In this document: one piece after another, positions 18,109 to 27,940 of the stretch
Layout: every line of letters starts with the position of its first letter
Numbering within the stretch: position 1 is the stretch's first letter
Source of the DNA: Bdellovibrionales bacterium
GTDB taxonomy: Bacteria > Bdellovibrionota > Bdellovibrionia > Bdellovibrionales > JAMPXM01
NCBI GenBank assembly: GCA_043739185.1
Contig: JAYUEN010000107.1
Location: 106 to 64,105, forward strand
Direction: 5' to 3'
DNA: 64,000 bases
Position numbers and translations under genes: made by a program
The notes under the pieces: generated by a model
What the model was told of the DNA's origin: nothing
Databases searched by the model: none
What the model saw: only the letters and a program-made list of their open reading frames with translations

Positions 18109-19932
18109 ATGAAGGCATTTACAACGTTTAAGTTTTTGACGCTTGCGAGTTTGCTGTTTTACACCGGGCAAAGTTTTGGAGGAGATACTATTGTCGACTC
18201 CAAGGCGCAAGCAGATGCCGCCGCCAATAAGTGTGCCGCCGCACTCAGCGCCTCAACACAATTAAAGATTCCACAAAATGGTACTGCCACCGATTATTCT
18301 CTCGATGTTTTTAAGACTGCTCAAAAGAACAATCCAAAAGCCTATCAGAAGTTTACAAATTGTTTGAATGGCGACAGCGTTACCAGCAATACCAGTGGTG
18401 AGGATGCCAAGTGCGAACGCGCTCGCGATGCAATTACAAAAGATGTCGAAGCTCTGGATAAGGACTGTAAAAGCAATCCACGCGTCGATACCGACAAACT
18501 TTCAGATGATACCGACGTCATCAATACGGCCGATCCCGCAACCGCCGCGAAATCAAAATGGGGGCGATGTCTGCAAAACGCAACCAGCTGCAAGAAATCA
18601 ACTTTTGGCGATAATGATTCTGCCGACAAGTGCACTGAGCAGTCCCTTGAAGAACTAAGCAAGACCGGCGTCAGTGATGAAAAATTAAAGAGCTTTTGCC
18701 AAGATAATTATCCCGCCTCTTGTGGAGCCATGAATAAAACCGATTTGAAAACCACGGCTCGAGATCTTGATAAAGATTTAACTTCTGAACTGAGCGATCT
18801 GCAAAAAGACATCGTCGCAAAGAAACAAGAAATCCAAGAAAACCAAGACAAATTGATTGAAGCGGACAAGAAACTTCAGGCCCTGCCTGCAAAGTTCACG
18901 CAACAAACTAAAGATCTGCAAAAGCAATACGAAGCCTTTGTGGCCGCCAATAATCTGAAGTTAGATGCGAGCCTTGAAAATTACTATAAAGCGATTGCGA
19001 GCGATCAAAACGCCATTCGCATCGCAGCTTCTGCGGTTACTATGGCAGACGCCGCTAGCTTTGATGCCAAAAATAAATTTGTGGGCGCATGCAAAGCAAA
19101 GGCGAAGGCAATGGCCGATAAGGAATATCCCTCTGGAGGAGTAAATTATGGCGGTCAAAACGCACTCATTACTAGCAAATCCCGCTGGGCAGACTACTAT
19201 CAAAAACAACTAGATCAAATGTATTATGGAGACGACGTTAGCGTTTGCGACAATGGCAATTATGCTAATTCTAGATTGGCTTTGTTAAACGCTGAAAAGG
19301 CGCAGGCCGATGCGCAATCTCAACTCTTACAAGATCAAAATCAACTCAGCATTGCGCTTCAACAAGTCGCAAGTAAAAAAGGCGATGCCGGCTACAAAGC
19401 ACTAACAGATCAGGCCGACAAGGTGAATCAATTGGCAGCTCAACAAAAAGATGAATACACGGGCATGATAACTGAGCGCCAAAAACTTCAGAAAAAGGCT
19501 ATTGAGTTGCCTCAAGAGCTCGCAAAAATTGAGGCAAAGGTTACCGCCTCCTCAAAGAAACGCCAATGTATTCAGACCATGCGTTCGTGCGCATCAGTTC
19601 CCGGAATTCCAAACGGAAGTTCGAAAGATGTTCCGGATCTTGAAATGTCGATAAGCGACGTCGACAATATCATTAAGGAGTGCCGAACGGCCGCGAAATC
19701 CTGCAATTCTGCTCAACTAGACGATGCCACGCTAAAATCAACAAGTATTACAAAATTCAATACTGACTTTCCGTTGTTCACCGGCGTCGATAGGGCGAAA
19801 ATTTTAACTGCTGCGGCTCCATTTGATGTTGACACACCTTCGTGCGAAGATGCCATTGCCTCAAAAATGGAGGCCAATGGCTCCGTCATTGATAAGACGA
19901 AAAAGACCAAAGGCTCAGGTACTTCTAAGTAA
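18109..19932 (+). CDS. Secreted Cys-rich / coiled-coil protein of unknown function
   Basis: 607-aa ORF with signal peptide MKAFTTFKFLTLASLLFYTGQSFG. Cys-rich N- and C-terminal regions flank a long Q/K/A/L-rich predicted coiled coil. A good RBS and a sigma-54 promoter lie upstream. Confidence 0.7.
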   Translation: MKAFTTFKFLTLASLLFYTGQSFGGDTIVDSKAQADAAANKCAAALSASTQLKIPQNGTATDYSLDVFKTAQKNNPKAYQKFTNCLNGDSVTSNTSGEDAKCERARDAITKDVEALDKDCKSNPRVDTDKLSDDTDVINTADPATAAKSKWGRCLQNATSCKKSTFGDNDSADKCTEQSLEELSKTGVSDEKLKSFCQDNYPASCGAMNKTDLKTTARDLDKDLTSELSDLQKDIVAKKQEIQENQDKLIEADKKLQALPAKFTQQTKDLQKQYEAFVAANNLKLDASLENYYKAIASDQNAIRIAASAVTMADAASFDAKNKFVGACKAKAKAMADKEYPSGGVNYGGQNALITSKSRWADYYQKQLDQMYYGDDVSVCDNGNYANSRLALLNAEKAQADAQSQLLQDQNQLSIALQQVASKKGDAGYKALTDQADKVNQLAAQQKDEYTGMITERQKLQKKAIELPQELAKIEAKVTASSKKRQCIQTMRSCASVPGIPNGSSKDVPDLEMSISDVDNIIKECRTAAKSCNSAQLDDATLKSTSITKFNTDFPLFTGVDRAKILTAAAPFDVDTPSCEDAIASKMEANGSVIDKTKKTKGSGTSK

Positions 19933-19956
19933 AACTTCAATACAGCTTTCGACGCG

Positions 19957-19976
19957 GCCCCCACTCATTTGGGGGC
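19957..19976 (+). terminator. Putative terminator hairpin after the secreted-protein gene
   Basis: GCCCCC (19957-19962) / GGGGGC (19971-19976) with an 8-nt loop, 25 nt after the stop. The downstream tract is only T-poor (TGAAATTT). Confidence 0.4.
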
Positions 19977-20119
19977 TGAAATTTGCTCGCCGCTTGAATA
20001 TCTGAACTATTCAAAGTATCATTATTTGTTTCAATTATAAGTGAAAACATTCAACACCTGGGACCCAATAGGCATCTAGTAGCCAACCAGCACGAAAACA
20101 ACAGAGCGAGTTTTTAGCA

Positions 20120-22876
20120 GTGAAATTAAAATACATTCTTATAGTCGTTTTTTCTTTAGGCTTCCTAGCAATCGGTGGCGGCGCACTCCTATTTTTTTCA
20201 GCTTCTGCCAATCTTCCCCAAATTATGAAGGTCGAAGATTACAAACCTCTTTTGGTATCCGATGTTTTTGCTCGGGGTGGAGAAAAAATCGGCGAGTTCT
20301 CAAGAGAAAATCGCATTTTAGTGCCTTTTGATAAAATCCCAAAGTTGCTGATCAATTCATTCATTGCTGCTGAAGACGATACTTTTTATGAACATGGTGG
20401 TCTTAACTATTTGGCGATTTTGCGCGCGACACTTGCGAATTTGCGTGCGGGCCGTACCAAACAGGGGGCCTCAACGATTACGCAACAGGTTGCAAAATCT
20501 TTGCTTCTCACTCCAGAGCGCACTCTTTCTCGTAAAATCAAAGAGGCTTTGCTCTCCTATAAAATGGAAGAGAATCTTTCTAAACAAAATATTCTCTACC
20601 TATATCTCAATCAAATTTATTTTGGCGAAGGGGCCTACGGTGTGGCGGCGGCAGCGCAAACCTACTTCAGAAAAAACATCGAGGACCTTAGCATTGCCGA
20701 AATGGCGATGTTGGCCGGCCTACCACAATCCCCTGAGCGCTATGCTCCGTCAAAACACCCGCAACAAGCAAAAGATCGTCAGCGCTATGTTTTGAATCGT
20801 ATGCAAATTGTTGGTTTTATCAATAAAGAGCAAGAAGAAAAAGCTCTCAACGAACCCATTCAAGTTTATTTAGGCAAAGAATATAAAAGTGTCGCGCCAT
20901 TTTATGTTGAAACACTTCGCCAGATGTTGGTTCCAGAAATTGGCGAGGATCGCTTGCTCAATGAAGGCGTTAAAATTTACACCAGTCTGGATTATTCACT
21001 CCAACAAGAGGCGAACATACAAGTGCACGACGGCTTAAGAAACCTTGATAAGCGACAAGGCTATCGAGGTGTCTTAAAGCACATAAATTCAAACGAAGAA
21101 ATGACTGAGTTTTTACTGGCCAGCCGCAAGAACCTGGTTCGCGAATTTGCGCCGGTTCGCATGATTGAAGCTAGCGGAAATGCCCCTAAAGAATTGCCAA
21201 TTACAATTTTTCATAAGAAGGACGCCGCGGGAAATACTTTAAGTAATATCCCTCCATATGTGGCAAAGGGACAAATTCTTGAGGCCGTTGTGAGTCGAAT
21301 TGACGATAAGCTCGGGCTAACCGAAGTAAGATTTGGCGACGGCCAAGCCTTGATTGATGCTTCTGATATTGCTTGGGCGAGAAAGCCCGATACGACCATC
21401 ACAAGTGAAGCAGCTCCCAAAGTTACCAAGCCCTCACAAATATTCAAAGAAGGCGATGTCATTCAAATTAAAGTAAGCGGCGAGCGCTTTTCTTCTCCGC
21501 GCATGGTGAAAGATTTGACGCCCGGAAAATCTAAGATGACACCTGAAAATTTGAAGCTAGTTCACAGCACCTGGGAATACGCACAAGCAAGTCTCGAGCA
21601 AGAACCCCAAGTAGAGGCTTCACTTTTGTCTTTTGATCAGACCACTCAAGAGGTGACCGCAATGGTCGGTGGCAGTGATTTTAAAATCACAAAATACAAT
21701 CGAGCTCTGCAAGCAAAAAGACAAACCGGCTCTTCTTTTAAAGCCTTGGTTTATACTTCGGCACTTGATAAAGGCTGGACGCCGGCAAGCCCCGTCGCAG
21801 ATACGCCCGTTGTTTTTGAAGAAAAAGATGCCGCTGCCGAAGAGGGGCAAGACGATATCAAAAAGTACAAACCTCACAATTATGAAAATAAATTTATGGG
21901 CGAAATGCTTTTTAGAAATGCCTTGATTCGTTCACTGAATATTCCAACCGTAAAAATTTTAACCGATGTTGGCATTGATTGGGCCACCCAATATGCACGT
22001 CGCCTCGGAATTTTTTCTCCTCTTGCAAATGATATCACCATGGGTCTTGGCTCGAGCGGAATTACGCTTTTTGAAATGACCAAAGCTTTTTCTCAAATGG
22101 GCAGACTCGGCAAGCGCATACGCCCCTTATTGATTCAAAAAGTTGTCGACCACTCCGGAAAAGTAATTCTTGAAAAGCTTTCCCTTGATAAAAAATTTGA
22201 AAAGGACCTCGACCCCATTGATAAGCAATTCGAAGACAAACGAAAAGAGTATCTTGCTTCGAGGGCCGATGAGGCTCCTGCGCCGCTGGCATCTCCTACT
22301 TCGGCCGCCAGCGCGGATCACCAAGAGAAAAATAACGATCTCCCGGTTGCAAAGTTTAAAACTCCACATCTATTTTTTGAAGATCCTGAACAACTCATAT
22401 CGCCAGAAACCGCGTATCTCATAACCAGCATTTTAAGAGGCGTCATTTACGATGAGGGTGGAACTGCGGCTCGCGCCCGCGCACTCAATCGGCCCGCCGC
22501 CGGTAAAACGGGTACGACCAATGGCTTTTTTGATACTTGGTTTATTGGCTTCACTCCACAAATTGCAACCGGGGTTTGGGTTGGCTTTGATCAAGAAAGA
22601 ACTCTCGGCGTAGGTGAGGCCGGTGCGAAAACGGCATTGCCGATTTGGCTAGAGTATATGAAGTTTGCCCATAAAAATTTGCCGGTTTTGGATTTTCCCA
22701 AACCAGATAATATAGTATTTGCCAATATCGACAATTTAACAGGTAAACTTGCTTCTTCAACTTCTACCAAAATTGTTCATCAAGCTTTTCTGCGCGGGAC
22801 AGAACCAAAGACTTTAAATGATTCTTCAAATTCAAAATCCGACGCCGATTTGATTAAAGAGGACCTTTCTGATTGA
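20120..22876 (+). CDS. mrcA: Class A penicillin-binding protein 1A (transglycosylase/transpeptidase)
   Basis: GT51 motifs EDDTFYEHGG, GASTITQQVAK and RKIKE. Transpeptidase motifs SSFK and KTGTTNG. The start is GTG and an N-terminal TM anchor is present. Confidence 0.95.
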   Translation: MKLKYILIVVFSLGFLAIGGGALLFFSASANLPQIMKVEDYKPLLVSDVFARGGEKIGEFSRENRILVPFDKIPKLLINSFIAAEDDTFYEHGGLNYLAILRATLANLRAGRTKQGASTITQQVAKSLLLTPERTLSRKIKEALLSYKMEENLSKQNILYLYLNQIYFGEGAYGVAAAAQTYFRKNIEDLSIAEMAMLAGLPQSPERYAPSKHPQQAKDRQRYVLNRMQIVGFINKEQEEKALNEPIQVYLGKEYKSVAPFYVETLRQMLVPEIGEDRLLNEGVKIYTSLDYSLQQEANIQVHDGLRNLDKRQGYRGVLKHINSNEEMTEFLLASRKNLVREFAPVRMIEASGNAPKELPITIFHKKDAAGNTLSNIPPYVAKGQILEAVVSRIDDKLGLTEVRFGDGQALIDASDIAWARKPDTTITSEAAPKVTKPSQIFKEGDVIQIKVSGERFSSPRMVKDLTPGKSKMTPENLKLVHSTWEYAQASLEQEPQVEASLLSFDQTTQEVTAMVGGSDFKITKYNRALQAKRQTGSSFKALVYTSALDKGWTPASPVADTPVVFEEKDAAAEEGQDDIKKYKPHNYENKFMGEMLFRNALIRSLNIPTVKILTDVGIDWATQYARRLGIFSPLANDITMGLGSSGITLFEMTKAFSQMGRLGKRIRPLLIQKVVDHSGKVILEKLSLDKKFEKDLDPIDKQFEDKRKEYLASRADEAPAPLASPTSAASADHQEKNNDLPVAKFKTPHLFFEDPEQLISPETAYLITSILRGVIYDEGGTAARARALNRPAAGKTGTTNGFFDTWFIGFTPQIATGVWVGFDQERTLGVGEAGAKTALPIWLEYMKFAHKNLPVLDFPKPDNIVFANIDNLTGKLASSTSTKIVHQAFLRGTEPKTLNDSSNSKSDADLIKEDLSD

Positions 22877-25800
22877 GCACTCCTTCTGACCACAATCAAG
22901 TAAACCCACAAAGTGCGCCAGCGGCAAAAGACAAGCAGCCAGCGCAAGCGCGCAAATCAATTCATATTTGGGGAATCAAACAAAATAATCTTAAAAGTAT
23001 TGAAGTTCAAATTCAGCTTGGCTCATTTACCGTCATCTGCGGACCGAGCGGCTCTGGCAAAAGCTCACTTGCCTTTGAAACTCTCTATGCGGAAGGTCAG
23101 CGAAGATATATTGAGTCCCTCAATAACTACGCAAGGCAATTTCTCGGCAAGGCGCCCAAGCCTGATATTGAAGGCATAAATAATATTCCTCCGGCCATCG
23201 CAATTGAGCAGAAAAATTCGGTTAAAACATCCCGCTCAAGTGTGGGTACAACAACTGAGGTGATTGATTACTTACGTCTTCTCTATGAAAAAATCGGCCG
23301 TGCGTATTGTCCAACATATGGTTTTGCAATTGAAAAGACTTCTGTTACCGCTGCAACCAAACTCAGCTTAGAAAAATTCTCGGGCCAACGAGGATATATT
23401 TTGACCCCAGTTCTTGCCGCGGGCCGAGTGCTGTCAGGACAGCAAATTCATAAGATGCTTTTGCAAGAGGGTTTTACGCGCATATATATTCCGATAGCAC
23501 CAATACCTCCTTCGGTCAGCGAGCAGAAAAAAGTAACTTCGAAAAAGGCCAAATTCTCAAAAGCGAAAACCACACCGTTACCAGGAATTTCTTCGACTCC
23601 GCTTTGTCAAAACCCCGAGGAGATTCATGAAATCGGAAGAATTTTAGAGATCACGCCAAAGTCAGCCAAAGAACTTCCGAACGAAGATTATTGTATCGTC
23701 ATTGATCGTATGCAGTTTACTGCAGACGAAGAAGGCCGCCTCGCCGACTCACTTGGCGTTGCCTATCGAAGCGCGCTAAAATTCAATCCTCAACTAATAA
23801 GTGGGCGCGCCAGCGTGGTGACACTTGACGGAAAGCAGGCCAACTTTTCAGAGGAGAATTCTTGTGCTGTCTGCGGATTTAACTTTCCGGCGATCACTTC
23901 AAGCTTGTTTAGTTTTAATAATCCAGTTGGCGCCTGCCAGACGTGCAATGGTTTTGGGAATATCTTGAGTCTTGATGAACACAAGGTCATTCCAAATGAT
24001 AATCTCACCATTGCTGAAGGCGCGCTTCATCCCTTCACCATGCCTTCTGCTGCTCGAGATCGCAAAGCACTTAACTCCTTTTGTAAGAAGGCTGAGATTG
24101 ATATTCATACTCCTTGGCGTGATTTGCCAAAAGCTCAGCGGGAGCGCATCTGGAAAGGCGATGATTTATTCTTCGGCGTGCTCGGACTTTTTGAATATCT
24201 CGAGACAAAGAAATATAAAATGCACGTTCGCGTTTTCATTTCCCGTTATAAGAGTCCCTTTTCATGTTCAAAATGCAAGGGAACTCGGCTGCGCACTGAG
24301 AGCGAATTTATTAAGGTGGTCGGAAAATCCATTTCTGAATTGTCCGCGATGACAATCGGTGATCTCTACTTATTTCTGCAAAAACTTGAGCTGAGCCCCA
24401 TGCAAAAAGATATGGCGGGAGATATTCTTTCTCAACTCGTCGCACGTCTCGGTTTTTTAAATGAAGTGGGCTGTGATTATTTGACTATCGATCGTCCGAC
24501 TCGAACCCTGAGTGGAGGAGAATTTCAGCGCTTGTCGCTCGCAAAACAGCTCGGCATGGGGCTTTCACAAACGCTTTATGTTCTGGATGAACCTACCGTT
24601 GGTTTGCACCCACGGGACAATGACCGTCTTATCAGTGTCTTAAAAAAGCTCAATCAAATCGGGAATACCTTGGTCGTGGTTGAACACGATCACGATGTTA
24701 TTGCCAACTCTACGCATATAATTGAATTGGGGCCAGGCTCAGGACATTTGGGTGGTGAAATTATTTTTGCCGGCAAGACCGAAGACTTTTATTCCGCTCC
24801 AAACTCCAATACCGCTGGCTTTTTGCGACGCAATCGCATTTGGGCACCAGTGCGTACTCCACGACCTGTCGAAATTGAATCCTATAAATATGTTTTTGAA
24901 ATTTCAGGTTGCTCAGGAAATAATTTGAAGAATGTCCACGCCCGCATTCCCCTCAATCGTCTGGTAACTGTGACCGGCGTTTCTGGCTCGGGAAAGTCAA
25001 CTTTGGTTTCTCAGACTTTATTTCCGGCACTGGCTCACAAACTCGGTCTTGAATATGAAAAGGCTCAGCCTTTTAAAGCGATGACCGGCTATGAGCATAT
25101 CAAAAGTGTTCTTTTCATTGATCAGAGCCCTATTGGCAAAACCGCAAGAAGTAGTCCGGTAACTTATTTAAAAATATTCGATGCCATTCGAAGCATAATG
25201 GCCGGCTCAAGTGAAGCCAGATCTCGAGGGTATTTGCCAGGAACTTTCAGTTTAAATGTCGATGGTGGCCGCTGCCCTGTTTGTAAGGGCCTTGGCTTTC
25301 AAATCATTGATATGATGTTTATGGATGATGTTAAGCTCATTTGCGATGCCTGCGAAGGAAAAAAGTTTCGCGGCGAGGTCTTAGAAATCACCTACAAAGA
25401 CCGAAATATTTTTCAAATTTTAAATTTAACTGTCGCTGAAGCCATGGATTTCTTTGTCTCCTACCCCAATATTCGCAAGCCACTTTCATTTTTAAAGGAA
25501 GTTGGCTTGGATTATATTCGCATCGGTCAGGCCGCCAATACCTTTAGCGGTGGAGAGTCTCAGCGGCTCAAAATTGCCCGAGAATTTATCAATACCCAGC
25601 AGAAGGCAAGCTTGTATATTTTAGACGAACCCACCACTGGTTTGCATTTTAAAGAAATTGAAATGCTCATGCGAGTTCTCAATAAACTTGTCGAGGGTGG
25701 CGGGAGTGTCTTACTGATTGAACACAATTTAGATGTTATTCGCTCTTCAGACTATATTATAGACATGGGTCCTGAAGCCGGTATTAAGGGCGGAAGAATC

Positions 25801-25935
25801 ACCGCAGAAGGCAGTCCTGAGCAAATCATGGCAAACAAGAATAGTTTAACCGGCCAATACTTGAAAGAATATTTAGGCGCAACTCCAAGTCCAAAAACTT
25901 CATCCAAAAAAAGCTCACACATCAGTATCTCCTAA
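22873..25935 (+). CDS. uvrA: Excinuclease ABC subunit A
   Basis: GPSGSGKSSLAFETLYAEGQRRYIESL, two ABC modules (LSGGEFQRL and FSGGESQRL) and Zn-finger Cys pairs. The TTG start overlaps the mrcA stop by 4 nt. Confidence 0.95.
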   Translation: MSTPSDHNQVNPQSAPAAKDKQPAQARKSIHIWGIKQNNLKSIEVQIQLGSFTVICGPSGSGKSSLAFETLYAEGQRRYIESLNNYARQFLGKAPKPDIEGINNIPPAIAIEQKNSVKTSRSSVGTTTEVIDYLRLLYEKIGRAYCPTYGFAIEKTSVTAATKLSLEKFSGQRGYILTPVLAAGRVLSGQQIHKMLLQEGFTRIYIPIAPIPPSVSEQKKVTSKKAKFSKAKTTPLPGISSTPLCQNPEEIHEIGRILEITPKSAKELPNEDYCIVIDRMQFTADEEGRLADSLGVAYRSALKFNPQLISGRASVVTLDGKQANFSEENSCAVCGFNFPAITSSLFSFNNPVGACQTCNGFGNILSLDEHKVIPNDNLTIAEGALHPFTMPSAARDRKALNSFCKKAEIDIHTPWRDLPKAQRERIWKGDDLFFGVLGLFEYLETKKYKMHVRVFISRYKSPFSCSKCKGTRLRTESEFIKVVGKSISELSAMTIGDLYLFLQKLELSPMQKDMAGDILSQLVARLGFLNEVGCDYLTIDRPTRTLSGGEFQRLSLAKQLGMGLSQTLYVLDEPTVGLHPRDNDRLISVLKKLNQIGNTLVVVEHDHDVIANSTHIIELGPGSGHLGGEIIFAGKTEDFYSAPNSNTAGFLRRNRIWAPVRTPRPVEIESYKYVFEISGCSGNNLKNVHARIPLNRLVTVTGVSGSGKSTLVSQTLFPALAHKLGLEYEKAQPFKAMTGYEHIKSVLFIDQSPIGKTARSSPVTYLKIFDAIRSIMAGSSEARSRGYLPGTFSLNVDGGRCPVCKGLGFQIIDMMFMDDVKLICDACEGKKFRGEVLEITYKDRNIFQILNLTVAEAMDFFVSYPNIRKPLSFLKEVGLDYIRIGQAANTFSGGESQRLKIAREFINTQQKASLYILDEPTTGLHFKEIEMLMRVLNKLVEGGGSVLLIEHNLDVIRSSDYIIDMGPEAGIKGGRITAEGSPEQIMANKNSLTGQYLKEYLGATPSPKTSSKKSSHISIS

Positions 25936-25954
25936 TGATAGAGTCATTTTCAAT

Positions 25955-27682
25955 ATGAAAGAACTTTTCAGCACTCTTCAAAAACTTTGGCCTTTTATGA
26001 AGCCCTTCAAGAAAAGGCTTTTTGTGGTTTTTCTCTCCGGCGCTTTTATGGCAGCGCTTTCACCGGTTGCCATTGAACTCGTTAATAAACTTTACCACGC
26101 TTTTGATGAAAAGGACGCGGCTGCCGCAAAATGGATTCCCTATTCCTTTCCCGTTTTGTTTTTATTTCTTGGAAGCGCAAGATATTTACACACGAAAGTC
26201 ACCAAATATACTGCAGAACTTATCTTGGCCAGGATACGACGACGCCTCGTTGAACAATTTGTTCATTTGAATTTGAGCTTTCACAACTCATTCGAGGCCG
26301 GAACTGGTGGACTCATCAATCGCGTTCTCAGCGACACCGGTATTTTACTTGAAGGTTTGTTTTTTATAGTTGCGATCTTTCGCGAACCCATTCTGATTAT
26401 AGTATTGTTTATTCAGATGATCATGATCAACTGGCAACTAACCGCTTTTAGCCTAACGCTTGCGCCGGTTTTCATAATTATGATGAAACAAATTCGCAAG
26501 AGCTTAAGAAAGTACGGGCATCTCAATCGCGAAGCTATGGATAGCCTCACCAGCACGCTCAAAGAAAGCCTTGATGGCGTCCGCATCATTCAGTCATTTA
26601 ATCTAGAAGACAAAATCATGCGTCGCTTTGACGGCAATCAGAACGACTATCTCGATACGCGAAATAAAATTATTACTCGCGAAGAAGCCATTAGCCCAGT
26701 TAATGAATTTATGGGTGCCTTGGGTTTTATGGGCTTCTCAATATTTGCATTTCATCAGATTTTGGGCGGAACTTCTACGCCGGCTGAGTTTACGGCCTTT
26801 GTTATGGCTGCCGGTATACTTCAACCTCCAATTAAAAACTTTCAAACGGCCATGGTTAAAATGCAGCAAAGCTATGTGGTTTGCGAACGCTTGTTTAAAC
26901 TTATTGATAGCGATATGCGCGTTCCACAGATTAAAAATCCACGCCCGTTTCCTCGAGCTTGGCAATGCATTCGCTTTCAAAACGTGAGCTTTGCATACGG
27001 AAAAGAATTGGTTTTGAAGAACTTTTCAATGACTGTAAATCGCGGCGAAGTCGTGGCTCTCGTCGGAGAAAGCGGGAGCGGCAAATCAACCGTAGTGAAT
27101 TTATTGGGTCGCTTTTTCGACCCCACCTCGGGACAAATTTTTGTAGATGATACTCCCATTAACGAATTTGATTTAAAAGATTTACGCAAAAATATAGCGC
27201 TGGTAACTCAAGACGTATTTCTCTTTCGCGATACCATTTCTGAAAATATTCAATCTGGAAATCTAGATCGCATCGATCGAAATGTCGAAGCTGCGGCTCG
27301 TGCTGCCAACGCTCACCATTTTATTTCAAATTTTCCTCAAGCCTATAATAATCAAGTTGGCGAGCGTGGCGGCTTTTTGTCCGGTGGAGAAAAGCAACGA
27401 ATCAGTATCGCCCGCGCTATCTTTAAAGATGCTCCAATTCTCATTCTCGACGAGGCCACCAGCGCTTTGGATAGTGTAAGCGAAATGGAAGTCCAAAAAG
27501 GCCTTCAAAAGCTCATGGAAGGCCGTACCGCCTTTGTTATTGCCCATCGACTGTCTACAGTTTTCAATTCGAATCGAATTGTCGTTATGAAAAAGGGTGA
27601 GGTCGTCGAGTCCGGTGATCATCGCAGCCTGCTTGAAAAAGGCGGCGAATATTCTAATTTTTATAATTTGCAGAAGACCTAA
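25955..27682 (+). CDS. ABC transporter, fused permease/ATPase (MsbA-like lipid exporter family)
   Basis: Six-TM N-terminal domain, Walker A GESGSGKST, signature LSGGEKQRISIARA and Walker B ILILDEATSALD. Confidence 0.85.
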   Translation: MKELFSTLQKLWPFMKPFKKRLFVVFLSGAFMAALSPVAIELVNKLYHAFDEKDAAAAKWIPYSFPVLFLFLGSARYLHTKVTKYTAELILARIRRRLVEQFVHLNLSFHNSFEAGTGGLINRVLSDTGILLEGLFFIVAIFREPILIIVLFIQMIMINWQLTAFSLTLAPVFIIMMKQIRKSLRKYGHLNREAMDSLTSTLKESLDGVRIIQSFNLEDKIMRRFDGNQNDYLDTRNKIITREEAISPVNEFMGALGFMGFSIFAFHQILGGTSTPAEFTAFVMAAGILQPPIKNFQTAMVKMQQSYVVCERLFKLIDSDMRVPQIKNPRPFPRAWQCIRFQNVSFAYGKELVLKNFSMTVNRGEVVALVGESGSGKSTVVNLLGRFFDPTSGQIFVDDTPINEFDLKDLRKNIALVTQDVFLFRDTISENIQSGNLDRIDRNVEAAARAANAHHFISNFPQAYNNQVGERGGFLSGGEKQRISIARAIFKDAPILILDEATSALDSVSEMEVQKGLQKLMEGRTAFVIAHRLSTVFNSNRIVVMKKGEVVESGDHRSLLEKGGEYSNFYNLQKT

Positions 27683-27685
27683 GGA

Positions 27686-27794
27686 CGCCAAAATGTACCT
27701 GCTTAGTTTTGGAGGCGCACCGCAACTTAGCGATTCCTAAATTTGGAGTTATCTGTGCGGTGCGCCTCCAAAACTAAGCAGGTACATTTTGGCG
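27686..27794. repeat. Dispersed palindromic element, copy 1 (39-bp perfect arms, 31-nt loop)
   Basis: The left arm 27686-27724 (CGCCAAAATGTACCTGCTTAGTTTTGGAGGCGCACCGCA) is the exact reverse complement of 27756-27794. It shares the 22-nt core AAATGTACCTGCTTAGTTTTGG with the element at 63003-63113. Confidence 0.9.
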
Positions 27795-27856
27795 CCCGCC
27801 ATCTAAAACTTCGACAGCCCAAATCTAACAAGGCTGACCCGGGCCAGTATTTATTT

Positions 27857-27872
27857 TGGCTTGGCGCTTGCT
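27857..27872 (+). promoter_or_regulatory. Candidate sigma-54 promoter
   Basis: TGGCTTggcgcTTGCT has correct GG-N10-GC spacing with TTGC at -12. It lies about 70 nt upstream of the ATG at 27941. Confidence 0.45.
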
Positions 27873-27940
27873 TTGTTTCTATAACATAGCAATTTCATAT
27901 AATTATTTTTGCAATATGCAAACTTACGAAAGCACATTGA

